Assembly (NCBI GenBank): GCA_017999835.1
Contig: JAGNLA010000005.1
Location: forward strand, 66,263-130,262
Length of the DNA: 64,000 nt
Reading direction: 5' to 3'
Source: Caldisericia bacterium
GTDB lineage: Bacteria; Caldisericota; Caldisericia; JAAYUI01
Part shown: in pieces, positions 47,879 to 57,568 of the stretch
Numbering within the stretch: position 1 is the stretch's first letter
Layout: the number at the start of each line of letters is the position of its first letter
The notes under the pieces: model-generated
Database searches by the model: none
Told to the model about the DNA's origin: nothing
What the model saw: the letters and a program-made list of their open reading frames with translations, nothing else
Made by a program: the position numbers and the translations under genes

Positions 47879-47964
47879 AGCAAACATCCAAAATGCTCTT
47901 GAATTCCCTGTGTAAGATTGCATTGCAACCGTTTTTCGTTATCATTGTCAAGCAGAGGTGAAAC

Positions 47965-48414
47965 ATGTGGAAAGAATTTAAAGAGTTTGCGCTGAAAGGC
48001 AACGTGATTGACCTGGCCGTGGGTCTTATCATCGGTGCAGCGTTTGGCACCATCGTAAAATCACTGGTTGACGACATCATCATGCCACTTATCGGTCAGC
48101 TCGTGGGCAAAGTCGATTTTGCCAACCTCTACATCCTCATCTCCGAAGGCAAAACCCCTGGACCGTACTCCTCACTAGTGGACGCAAAAACTGCCGGAGC
48201 CGTCACCTGGAACTACGGAAGTTTTATCAATACCATCGTCAATTTCATCATCATCGCATTCTCGATTTTTATGGTCATCAAGCTGTTCAATAAACTCAAA
48301 AAACAGCCCAAACCAGCAGAAGTTATCCCAACAACGAAAGAATGCCCATATTGCTTTTCCACCATTCCAATAAAAGCAACTAGATGCCCGAACTGCACCT
48401 CTGAGCTCAAATGA
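47965..48414 (+). CDS. mscL: Large-conductance mechanosensitive channel with a C-terminal CxxC...CxxC zinc-ribbon-like tail
   Basis: [28 protein letters not shown], and the C-terminal [18 protein letters not shown]. Confidence 0.85.
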   Translation: MWKEFKEFALKGNVIDLAVGLIIGAAFGTIVKSLVDDIIMPLIGQLVGKVDFANLYILISEGKTPGPYSSLVDAKTAGAVTWNYGSFINTIVNFIIIAFSIFMVIKLFNKLKKQPKPAEVIPTTKECPYCFSTIPIKATRCPNCTSELK

Positions 48415-49403
48415 CAGAAGACATACAATTTTTGCTTGAAAAAGGCAATCCTTCAATACAGTACCGGACAAAACTGGAAATACTGGCCGAAAAACAGGAT
48501 AATCTAGAGATTTCTGAACTTTACAGCAAGATTCTCGAGGATCCCCAGGTTTTGCATTGCTTTTCGCTTGTTCAGGAGGATGGCAGTCTGGGAACACTTT
48601 TCCACACAACCGGTGAACAAGATCCCTTTCAAGGCTCTGAGATAAGCATCCGATTTTTGTGCGAAATGGGTGTCAAGTCCGACCATCCAATTCTCAAAGC
48701 TGGTCTGGACGCACTTCTAAAACCTGAAGGGACAAAAGAACTGGCTCCAAAAAATGAGGCCTACTCTGACGGTGGGGAGCTGATCATCGGCTCACTGTTT
48801 GCCAGGGCAGGCATTGAAAACAGGGTTGCTCGCAAACGCTGCGAGATAGCCCTGGACTCATTTGCGCAAACTCTAAGATTCAAAACCTATGAACAGGTAG
48901 CGACAGAATTCAGGCAGCAGCTGGTTTACGAGGATGGCATCCGCTGGCCTTGCATCTACGACCTCAAAGCCCTGGCTTTCACAAAGCAGTGGCGAACAGT
49001 CGAGAACCTCATGCTCCTTGAGAGAGCAATCGACCACCTGCAATCGTTCGTCCCTTATGTGAAACTCTACCAAAGAAGTGGAAACACTTTCTACGCGCCT
49101 GCAGAAGCTCTTCAGGACGAATTCCTGCCAGACATTGAAAACCTGCCAAAAGGCGAGGCGCACAAGTGGTGGAACCGAATGGAACTGGTTGCAAGGTGCT
49201 CGGTCAAACCCAAAGTTTTCACAACACAGCTGAAAAAGCTTCAAGAATTGGACAATGAATTCTTGTCACAGACTTTCAACGACGGCCGCATAAGAGGTTG
49301 GAACGCCTACCACGGCCTTAAGCTCATGCAGGACTGGAAAGAAAACAAGCGTTTGGTTGACATGCTTTTCAGGAAGCAGCTTATAGTCAAGCATTCATCA
49401 TAA
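48411..49403 (+). CDS. Hypothetical protein
   Basis: ORF overlaps mscL by 4 nt. No recognisable homology. Confidence 0.4.
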   Translation: MTEDIQFLLEKGNPSIQYRTKLEILAEKQDNLEISELYSKILEDPQVLHCFSLVQEDGSLGTLFHTTGEQDPFQGSEISIRFLCEMGVKSDHPILKAGLDALLKPEGTKELAPKNEAYSDGGELIIGSLFARAGIENRVARKRCEIALDSFAQTLRFKTYEQVATEFRQQLVYEDGIRWPCIYDLKALAFTKQWRTVENLMLLERAIDHLQSFVPYVKLYQRSGNTFYAPAEALQDEFLPDIENLPKGEAHKWWNRMELVARCSVKPKVFTTQLKKLQELDNEFLSQTFNDGRIRGWNAYHGLKLMQDWKENKRLVDMLFRKQLIVKHSS

Positions 49404-49515
49404 CCTTTTTCTTGCCTTTATAGTTTAATGCAATTTTATGGCAACTACTTGACATTTAAGGTTAATTGCGGTATTTGAGTATTTAAGTAATTAATATCAC
49501 CTAACCCCAAGGAGG

Positions 49516-49980
49516 TTGAAGGATATGAAAAAAACATTGACAGTTTTTGTGATAATATTGGCAGTCATAGCCATGCTTGTTGGAACGGTTTTCATTTATA
49601 TGGGATTCTCAAAGCAGTCCGAAGTTAAGGCTGGACTTGCTGAAGAGAAGGTCGCTTACAACTTCACTGATGACAAGACTGCAGCCCCGACTCCTGTTCA
49701 GTCGATGACCGATCTTGAAAACATGGCAAAAACACTCAAATCCCACAGAAACAAGATTGCTCCATCATACAGCGAACTGACAGCCAGGAATGAATCCAAA
49801 AAATTTGACCCATCAAATCCAGCCAACCTGACTTATGTTCAGGCAATGAATCTTGAAAACTCTGTCCGAATCGCGCTCCTTGCATCTGGCATGACATGGA
49901 TGATGATTGGTGTTGGCGCATTCATGTGGCTGGTTGGCATAGCACTGGTTTTTGTCTCAATGGTGATGATGAAATCCTGA
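49516..49980 (+). CDS. Hypothetical membrane protein
   Basis: AAGGAGG RBS with N- and C-terminal transmembrane segments. Confidence 0.45.
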   Translation: MKDMKKTLTVFVIILAVIAMLVGTVFIYMGFSKQSEVKAGLAEEKVAYNFTDDKTAAPTPVQSMTDLENMAKTLKSHRNKIAPSYSELTARNESKKFDPSNPANLTYVQAMNLENSVRIALLASGMTWMMIGVGAFMWLVGIALVFVSMVMMKS

Positions 49981-50013
49981 TTGAAAACCTCTTTAAATAT
50001 CCCTCTTCCCTTT

Positions 50014-50045
50014 GCGGCAGCTCCTCCCAGGCTGCCGCTTTTTTG
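50014..50045 (+). terminator. Rho-independent terminator
   Basis: gcggcagc-ctcctcccag-gctgccgc followed by TTTTTTG. Confidence 0.7.
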
Positions 50046-50103
50046 TTGGCTTGCCCTTAAAAAATCAAATTGATATAATCAAAACCAAACACAAGGAGGA
50101 ACC

Positions 50104-51258
50104 ATGCTTTACAGAAAATTCGGAAACACAGGCGTTGACGTTTCAATTCTCGGATTCGGACTGATGAGGTTACCGCTTACAACCGACGACGAGACAGATC
50201 CCGACCGCAACAAGAAAATTGACGAAACCCAAGCCATTCGCATGGTGGATAAAGCCATAGACTCTGGCATAAATTATTTCGATACAGCCTACGTCTATCA
50301 CGGGGAGGTCAGCGAAACCTTTACCGGAAAGGCTTTGTCAGGTGGCAAGCGAAACAAAGTTCTTCTGGCCACAAAGAGCCCTGTTTGGAAAGCCAAGGAA
50401 CCAGCAGATTTCGAAAAGTTCCTCGACACACAGCTTGAGCGACTCCAGACCGACCACATCGATTTCTATCTGCTCCACTCGCTTTCTTTAGGTGTGTTCA
50501 ACAAAATAGTCGAGTTGGACGTGTTTAATCAGATGGAGAAGTTTAGAAAAGCTGGCAAGATAAGATTTCTTGGCTTCTCGTTCCATGACGATCATGAAAA
50601 CTTCTTTACCATTTTTGACAGCTACAAATTTGATTTCTGCCAGATCCAGTACAACTTCCTTGACGAGGAGTTCCAGGCTGGTAGAGCTGGCATGCTCCAC
50701 GCAGCAAAGGTCAATGCTGGCTTGGTGGCAATGGAACCGCTTCGCGGTGGAGACCTGACAAAAAGAGTGCCCCAACCCATACAAAAAATCTGGGACTCGA
50801 TGCCGACAAAACGCACACCAGCTCAATGGGCTCTCCGCTGGGTGTGGAACCACCCACAGTTCTCGCTGCTGCTTTCAGGCATGACCACCATGGAACAGCT
50901 TGAGGAAAATATCAAGACAGCCTCGGATGCAAGCGCCAATTCGCTGACTACAGAAGAGCTGGAGAAGATTAGCCAGGTCAGGGACACTTACAGGACGCTG
51001 ATTGCCGTGCCATGCACAAAATGTCAGTATTGCATGCCGTGCCCGTCAGGCGTTGCCATTCCGGACAACTTCAGCGTTTACAACGACCATCATATGTTTG
51101 GCAAGTCCGATAGCGGCAAATACATCTACAAAAACTTCATTCCTGACCATGTAAAGGCTGACAAATGCACCCAATGCGGAGAGTGCGAAGAAAAATGCCC
51201 GCAACAGATTCCAATTCGGGAAAAACTCAAGGAAGTGGTTGAGACGCTGGGAAAATAG
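50104..51258 (+). CDS. Aldo/keto reductase with a C-terminal 2x[4Fe-4S] ferredoxin domain
   Basis: AKR TIM-barrel motifs plus CTKCQYCMPCP and CTQCGECEEKCP. An extended -10 (TGATATAAT) lies upstream. Confidence 0.8.
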   Translation: MLYRKFGNTGVDVSILGFGLMRLPLTTDDETDPDRNKKIDETQAIRMVDKAIDSGINYFDTAYVYHGEVSETFTGKALSGGKRNKVLLATKSPVWKAKEPADFEKFLDTQLERLQTDHIDFYLLHSLSLGVFNKIVELDVFNQMEKFRKAGKIRFLGFSFHDDHENFFTIFDSYKFDFCQIQYNFLDEEFQAGRAGMLHAAKVNAGLVAMEPLRGGDLTKRVPQPIQKIWDSMPTKRTPAQWALRWVWNHPQFSLLLSGMTTMEQLEENIKTASDASANSLTTEELEKISQVRDTYRTLIAVPCTKCQYCMPCPSGVAIPDNFSVYNDHHMFGKSDSGKYIYKNFIPDHVKADKCTQCGECEEKCPQQIPIREKLKEVVETLGK

Positions 51259-51296
51259 CTTATTCCAAATCTAGCAAAAACCTCGATAAAATTATT

Positions 51297-51333
51297 CACC
51301 CCTGCGAAAAAACCGCAGGGGTGATGTTTTTTT
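51297..51333 (+). terminator. Bidirectional rho-independent terminator
   Basis: cacccctgcg-aaaaaac-cgcaggggtg followed by TTTTTTT. Confidence 0.75.
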
Positions 51334-51346
51334 GAGCATCTTACTT

Positions 51347-51841
51347 CTATTTCAATTTCACTGTCTCTGCAAGAGCTCTTAATTCCGCATTTTCTTCATG
51401 ATCATATCCCTGGAAATCTGAATATATCTGGATTGCCAGTGCGAATCCTTCAAACGAACCTATGCCCATTATGCCATATTTAAGCGGGATCTGTTTGTCA
51501 CCGTTTTTGAAATCGAAGAAGTCAAATTTTACACCGTTGATTTCGATTTGATATTCCTTCAGTATCTCATTGCCCATGCCCGGAAATGCGCTCTTTATAT
51601 TTCCATAAACGGTTGTTCCATCCATCTGGCCGTATCTCATCAGTGCAAATGACCCCCAGGGAAGATCTGGATAGAAAATTACCATTTTCATATCGCCTTC
51701 CTCACGGGTTTCCTGTTTCCAGCCATCATATGCTTTGAAAGTAATCTCGTTCAATTCATAGTCTTTCATCGGGGGGAGCAATGACCCACCGCATCCTGCC
51801 AGAACAACTATAACTGCAATAAAAGCAATAATTTTTCTCAC
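51347..51841 (-). CDS. Hypothetical lipoprotein
   Basis: VLAGCGG lipobox. Confidence 0.45.
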   Translation of the reverse strand: MRKIIAFIAVIVVLAGCGGSLLPPMKDYELNEITFKAYDGWKQETREEGDMKMVIFYPDLPWGSFALMRYGQMDGTTVYGNIKSAFPGMGNEILKEYQIEINGVKFDFFDFKNGDKQIPLKYGIMGIGSFEGFALAIQIYSDFQGYDHEENAELRALAETVKLK

Positions 51842-52014
51842 AATTCACCTCCACGGTAGAGTATGTTTATTTAGCCGGACTTGTCAAATATTTCGTAAAC
51901 CCGAGCCCTGGATTATACGATGACAACAAAGAGAGGACAAAAGAGAATAACAATCAGCAGGTCAAGATAGCGGTTGAGACGCTGGGGGAGTGAAATCTTT
52001 CAATACATAAGTCT

Positions 52015-53325
52015 TTAAAACAATCTCAATATGACATTTATCATCCCTGTAGCTAAAACTCCAAGAATGATTATTGCAATGCATATCCAATATTGACCCC
52101 AGTCAATAAGGAAATTTTGGTTTGTTGGTAAACTTGTGTTAATAGTTTTGATGCTAAAAGCTGCGTAATAAGAACTTTTAGAAGGAATCATATAGATATC
52201 TTTCATAGTATATGCATAAATCCAATGTTTTTCATATTCATCAGAACCTATTATGACATACTGTATATCTTTCGGTAATCCAGTAAATGCGATATATTCT
52301 AGAAAACCGAAATCATTAACAATACCTGGGCTTAAAAAACCTCCAGCTTTCTTAATCGCAAGTAACCCGAAAGAATTCAATCCTTCATATAAATACCAAG
52401 GCCACTCAAAATCACTAGAATTTACTTTTTTATATTTATACCCTTTTGCGTCAAAAGAAATCATACTTTCTCTATAATCTTTTACAAACATTGATCCCAA
52501 AGCAACTTCAAGAAACCCATCCTCAATTTTTCGTCCTTTAACGTCTGGCACTTGTTTTGAAAAAAGAACATTCATATCGCTGTCAAATATTATTGCTTTT
52601 TTTCTATCAAGCAGCAGGGTTGCAAAAATTTCATTTTTATAATCATCATTTATCTGAACAGATGAATTAACATCAAATGATGAAATCGATTTAATAATTT
52701 TCAAAATACCGCTTATCAAAGTATATTTTATTAATTCTTTACCGTCATAAACGAACAAATTTCGTTCATTAGAATACCCAGACCCGGATACGTAGTTAAG
52801 TATCTTTCTCTCAATTTGACATGTTTTCTTGCCTGTCAAATCATATACATTGATTTTATTCATACCATCTTGAAGCGTAATCCAAAACAGACCATTATCT
52901 TTATAAATGTTTATTATTTCTGATCCTGAAACAACAAATGTATCTGACAGAACAATCTGATCGCTATACTGATTTACTTTGAATATAGATATGTATTGAG
53001 TTTTCTCTTTGTCATGCAAGACAAAAAAAAGAGTCGAGTACTGGTCATCTGTCAAGGCACTCTGCCAGTCAAGTATTTCTCCAGGCATTTCAAAACTTGC
53101 TATCAGTTTGTCGAGCATTTTGTCAGAATAAGCGTTCAATTTATCGCCTTTATGTGTTATCACTAAGGAACCCTTTACATCTGCGGTGTCAAAGGATTCC
53201 AGAATCCTGCCAGCGTCAATAGGTTTCGTCGTATATCCTGGTGAAACCGAATAGATTCTAAATTCTGGAACCATCGTTATTAGAGATATTATCGCAATCA
53301 AAACAAACCTGACCCTTATTCTCAA
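52015..53325 (-). CDS. Hypothetical membrane-anchored protein in lower-GC DNA
   Basis: N- and C-terminal transmembrane segments and a K/I/Y/N-rich composition. Confidence 0.4.
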   Translation of the reverse strand: MRIRVRFVLIAIISLITMVPEFRIYSVSPGYTTKPIDAGRILESFDTADVKGSLVITHKGDKLNAYSDKMLDKLIASFEMPGEILDWQSALTDDQYSTLFFVLHDKEKTQYISIFKVNQYSDQIVLSDTFVVSGSEIINIYKDNGLFWITLQDGMNKINVYDLTGKKTCQIERKILNYVSGSGYSNERNLFVYDGKELIKYTLISGILKIIKSISSFDVNSSVQINDDYKNEIFATLLLDRKKAIIFDSDMNVLFSKQVPDVKGRKIEDGFLEVALGSMFVKDYRESMISFDAKGYKYKKVNSSDFEWPWYLYEGLNSFGLLAIKKAGGFLSPGIVNDFGFLEYIAFTGLPKDIQYVIIGSDEYEKHWIYAYTMKDIYMIPSKSSYYAAFSIKTINTSLPTNQNFLIDWGQYWICIAIIILGVLATGMINVILRLF

Positions 53326-53400
53326 ACGTCACCTCTCAAACAAATGTTAGCATAAACGTGCAAATATGACAACATCTCCCTTATAAAATCAATTATCCTT

Positions 53401-55521
53401 TTACTTCGGATACACCAGCGTAATTTTCTTTGTTGCACCGTCGTAGTCGACCGAACCGCCGAGGATGTCTGAGAACACTCGGATGGGGATCATCAGGCTT
53501 CCGCCGATGAGCTTTGGTGCTGTCGAAACAGGAACAGGCTTGCCGTTGACGAAGGCATTGGTGGAGCCGACTATCAGGCTGTAGGAGTTGTCGCCAAGCG
53601 TGTAGGTTGCGGTTTTTGATTCTGTGTCCCAGTCGACCTTTGCGCGAAGGGCATCGCCAATGACCCGAAACGGGATGAAGGTTTTGCCACCGACAAGTAC
53701 AGGGGCAGTTTTTATTGTTTGCACTGCTCCGTTGACAAGCATTTTGGTTTTTCCAATTACAAACTCGATTTTCACCCTGTAGACAACCTCAAAGGACACG
53801 GCTATGCCTTGCGATTCAACGGTTATTTTAGTTGCCCCAGCGCTCAGATACGATTCAAGCTGGTAGAATCTGTCCTTCAACTTGGTCAGCGCAAACGTTT
53901 TTGTTGTTCCTGCCATGATGATTTTTGGTTCCGGCATAGATTTGCGAGACAGTCGAATGATTGCCGATATTTCTCCTGAGTTCTGCATTTCTTTAGATGG
54001 AATGTCAATCTCAATTGCCGGAACTGGTAAAACTGTGATGTTGATGACTGCCGGCAAACTTGTAAAGTTGCCTGATTTGTCGGTTGCCCTGACGTAAACA
54101 ACATAGTCGCCGGCTTTTTCGAGGTTGAAGGTGAAGGAGAAATTCTCCTGGGTTTGGGTTTGCCAGGTCTTGCCGTCAACAGACGCTTCAACTTTGTCCA
54201 GACCTGAGAGGTCATCTTTGGCAGTGCCGGTGACTGCAACCTGACCAATTTCAAACTCCTGACCCTCTTTTGGTGTGAGCACTGTGATTGTTGGCGGAGC
54301 CTGATCGTTTAGAACATATTCAAACTCAACATAGGCGCATTTTTCAGACTTTCTGTTCAACTGGTCGTAGGCACAGGCTGTTATGTTGTGCTTGCCAGGT
54401 TTTATCTTGCCAATATCAAGCGACCAAAAATATCGGTCGTTTTGCGCCCACTGCTCCTGCCCATCATCGAAAACAATACCGACTTTTACGGCCGGTGGGG
54501 CCAAGGTTCCCGAAATAGTTAGGTTCTCATCCTCAACTTGCATTCCTTTGACAGGGTAAGAGATGGTTGGTGTTGCAACCTTGTCGAACTCGAGTCTGAA
54601 TCTTTGAAAAGCCGGTGGACAAACATTTCCCAGTCCATCTGTCGCTCTGAGCCAGGCGACAATCTCACCTTCCGGAATAGCGGCAATGGAAAAATACCAT
54701 TCTTCCAAACCCTCGGCTCTTGCCCACGTTTTCTTGTCATCCAAAGAGTACTCAACAAGCGTAATACCAGTTACATCGGAAGCGATGCCACTGACTTTGA
54801 TTGGAAGAGAATTGAGCACCATGTCCTCTGCCGGGAAAAAAAACTGGATGTCAGGTGGGTCGTTATCAGGGATTTCAACCTTAAAAACAACGTGCGCCTC
54901 AATTGAGGCGTTGCCAGATGGGTCAAAAGCGGAAGCTGTAACGTCATAGTTGCCATTTCTTTTTAAAACATATTCCGATTCCCAAACATCCCCTTTTGGT
55001 TGCAGAACCCTCTCTTCAAAACCTGTGAGTTTTAGAGTAATCTTTGCAACCATTCTGTCATCTTTGGCTTTTCCCGTGACTATGAGTTTTGTCTTGGTCA
55101 ATACATCACCCATTTTTGGGTATGTAATTTCAATGGTTGGCGGGATTCTATCTTTTGGATAATCGGCAGTGTCGCCCGGGTTGGTAAACGCGTTTATCTC
55201 ATCAATATTTTTAAAGCCGTCATTGTCGGAATCCTTGTCTTCAATGGCTTTAAGGTCGTGTCTGTTTTGTGCAAAATCAGTCCCGTAGAAATTTCTCGGG
55301 CCACCACCATTTTTTTTGTCTAGGTGACATATACAGTAGTCGATTCTTGTGCCAACAGTGGATTTATAAGCGTCCTGGAACATTATATAGTAGTTGTACC
55401 TTGAAAATACAACGGATGTCGTTACCAACAAAATTATTGCTGCAAAAACAAACAGGGTTCTCTTATTCATGTTATGATTATAAGCTCCGCCATTGGTTTT
55501 GACAATCGAAAATCTGTTCAC
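53401..55521 (-). CDS. Secreted multi-Ig-like surface protein ending in two CuAO-N-like domains
   Basis: Signal-anchor sequence, repeated Ig-like roughly 100 aa units, and a C-terminus with IPFRVIGD / IPIRVFSD. Confidence 0.65.
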   Translation of the reverse strand: MNRFSIVKTNGGAYNHNMNKRTLFVFAAIILLVTTSVVFSRYNYYIMFQDAYKSTVGTRIDYCICHLDKKNGGGPRNFYGTDFAQNRHDLKAIEDKDSDNDGFKNIDEINAFTNPGDTADYPKDRIPPTIEITYPKMGDVLTKTKLIVTGKAKDDRMVAKITLKLTGFEERVLQPKGDVWESEYVLKRNGNYDVTASAFDPSGNASIEAHVVFKVEIPDNDPPDIQFFFPAEDMVLNSLPIKVSGIASDVTGITLVEYSLDDKKTWARAEGLEEWYFSIAAIPEGEIVAWLRATDGLGNVCPPAFQRFRLEFDKVATPTISYPVKGMQVEDENLTISGTLAPPAVKVGIVFDDGQEQWAQNDRYFWSLDIGKIKPGKHNITACAYDQLNRKSEKCAYVEFEYVLNDQAPPTITVLTPKEGQEFEIGQVAVTGTAKDDLSGLDKVEASVDGKTWQTQTQENFSFTFNLEKAGDYVVYVRATDKSGNFTSLPAVINITVLPVPAIEIDIPSKEMQNSGEISAIIRLSRKSMPEPKIIMAGTTKTFALTKLKDRFYQLESYLSAGATKITVESQGIAVSFEVVYRVKIEFVIGKTKMLVNGAVQTIKTAPVLVGGKTFIPFRVIGDALRAKVDWDTESKTATYTLGDNSYSLIVGSTNAFVNGKPVPVSTAPKLIGGSLMIPIRVFSDILGGSVDYDGATKKITLVYPK

Positions 55522-55754
55522 AAACTCATCGCTTTGCTCCCTGCTTGTAATTTTAAGATTTTGCTGCTAGATTGATAATCAAACTATGAAAGGAGTGCGG
55601 GATATGGCAAGAAACAAACTATTCTGTCTCTGAGCTGAAACAGTGACCCGGTCTGGTGTCACTTCAAACTGTCTCATCCCGCAAACTCTATAAACCTGCC
55701 TTAATTGTTTAGCGTGGATGAGCAATTCATCCAATTGGTTAAGGAGGATTCGTT

Positions 55755-56549
55755 TTGAAACAATCAGGCGCAAAATTATCTGACGTTCAATCATTATATT
55801 CAGGTGTAGTGCGTGATCTTTGGGTATTGTGCATGGGCGAACAGATTCATGCCGGCGGAATGATGTCAAGCATGGAGCTTGCCAAATCGGCTGGGATTAA
55901 AGAAGGGATGCACGGTGTTGACCTGTGCTGTTGTATCGGCGCAGGGACAAGATTTCTTGCAAAAAATTTCAAAGTCAAAATGGATGGCATTGACGCAACC
56001 GCTTCAGCTGTGGCCAAAGCCAAAGAAGAGGCAAAAGCAGAAAAACTAGAATCAGTACTCAATTATATTGAAGCTGACGTCACCAAAATTCCAGTCGAAG
56101 CTGGAAAGTATGACTTTGTGTGGGGCGAGGATGCCTGGTGCTATGTTGAAGACAAGGAAAAAATCATCTCCGAAGCAGCAAGAATTCTCAAACCAGGCGG
56201 AGTTGTCGCTTTCACCGACTGGATCGATGGCCCAAAAGGTCTTACAGAAGAAGAGGCTTTCAGGATCAACGATTTCATGAAATTCCCATACATGGAATCC
56301 CTTGAAGGCTACAAGAATCTACTTGTCAAGCATGGCTTTGAAGTGAAGGAAGCCACTTACATCCCGTTTGCAAAGTACGTTGACCTCTACCTGACCATGC
56401 TCACCGAACAGCACACCTACGACGCCCTCAGAATCATTGGCAACGACATGGCGATGTTCCAGGCGATGGGTGCCGAATTCGGTTTCATCCAGCAAAAAGC
56501 GCACGAAGACAAGATAACCCGCGGAAGGTTTGTAGGCATAAAGAAATGA
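55755..56549 (+). CDS. Class I SAM-dependent methyltransferase
   Basis: VDLCCCIGAGTRF motif I. TTG start lies 7 nt after AAGGAGG. Confidence 0.7.
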   Translation: MKQSGAKLSDVQSLYSGVVRDLWVLCMGEQIHAGGMMSSMELAKSAGIKEGMHGVDLCCCIGAGTRFLAKNFKVKMDGIDATASAVAKAKEEAKAEKLESVLNYIEADVTKIPVEAGKYDFVWGEDAWCYVEDKEKIISEAARILKPGGVVAFTDWIDGPKGLTEEEAFRINDFMKFPYMESLEGYKNLLVKHGFEVKEATYIPFAKYVDLYLTMLTEQHTYDALRIIGNDMAMFQAMGAEFGFIQQKAHEDKITRGRFVGIKK

Positions 56550-57568
56550 GCGACCAACTCAAGGTGCACCTTGACCGATCAGGGCAGGAAAGATCAGGAA
56601 GCGTCTGTACATGCTCGTACGTCCCGCGCGAGCTGTTGGAAAGCTTCGGTCTTGGTGCATCCTGGGTTCCGATAAACGGAACAGTTTCCGAGGAATCTAA
56701 AGGCGAGCAAAAATCAAGCGCCACGGTTTGTTCATGGTGCAAATCGATTTTAAGCTTTGAAGACCTTGGTTTGGTGGTTGGAACAACCACATGCGACCAA
56801 ATGAGGCGCACGCTTGACTTGATGTCAAGCCAGGGTAAAAATACGCTCGTCATAAACATGCCAGCCACCAGAACACCCGATTCAAAGCAATACTTTTATT
56901 CGGAAATCGTTTGGCTTAAAAACAGGCTTGAAGAGGTTTTAGGGGCAAAATTCGACCCTGACAAACTTCTTTCTGTCACAAAAGCAAGAAACCTTATCCG
57001 CGCAAGACTCCGAGAGCTCAGGCACAACCTGAAGGGTTCACAGTTTTCGGCTCTTGTCCAGCTTGAAGCCAGGCTCGCGCCTGTCGACATGTTGGCGATG
57101 CTTGACGGGCTTGTGGTAGAAAACGTGATAAAAGCCAGCGCAAAAAGGCTGATGATCTGTGGCAGTCCTTTGACACCTGGCGACATCAGGTTTTTGGAAA
57201 AAATTGAAAATATAGGTGCCGAGATAGTTGCTGACGCAACCTGCACCGGTGACAGGAGAATAGATTTTGAAATCCCAGAGGTTGGCGACCCTCTCAGAAA
57301 CCTTTCTGATGCATACTTTGACAAACCTCCTTGCATAAGGGCAAGGCCAAATGATGAATTTTTTGAATATGCCAAAAAAATGATTTCACAAAGAAAAATC
57401 GACGCTGTAATCTGGAGGACGGTCAGGTTCTGCGACCTTTGGTCGTCCGAGTTCCAGCGTGCACAAAAGATTTTGGGCCTTCCAATGCTCAACCTTGACA
57501 TGACTTATTCAGACACCGGTTCGTCAAGGGTTGGCGTCCGCGTTGAAGCATTCCTGGAGAACCTGTGA
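56546..57568 (+). CDS. 2-hydroxyacyl-CoA dehydratase/benzoyl-CoA reductase (HGD-D) family subunit
   Basis: Conserved Cys residues and a C-terminal ...GLP.L.LD.....R.E.F.E.L block shared with the next two genes. Overlaps the previous gene by 4 nt. Confidence 0.55.
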   Translation: MSDQLKVHLDRSGQERSGSVCTCSYVPRELLESFGLGASWVPINGTVSEESKGEQKSSATVCSWCKSILSFEDLGLVVGTTTCDQMRRTLDLMSSQGKNTLVINMPATRTPDSKQYFYSEIVWLKNRLEEVLGAKFDPDKLLSVTKARNLIRARLRELRHNLKGSQFSALVQLEARLAPVDMLAMLDGLVVENVIKASAKRLMICGSPLTPGDIRFLEKIENIGAEIVADATCTGDRRIDFEIPEVGDPLRNLSDAYFDKPPCIRARPNDEFFEYAKKMISQRKIDAVIWRTVRFCDLWSSEFQRAQKILGLPMLNLDMTYSDTGSSRVGVRVEAFLENL

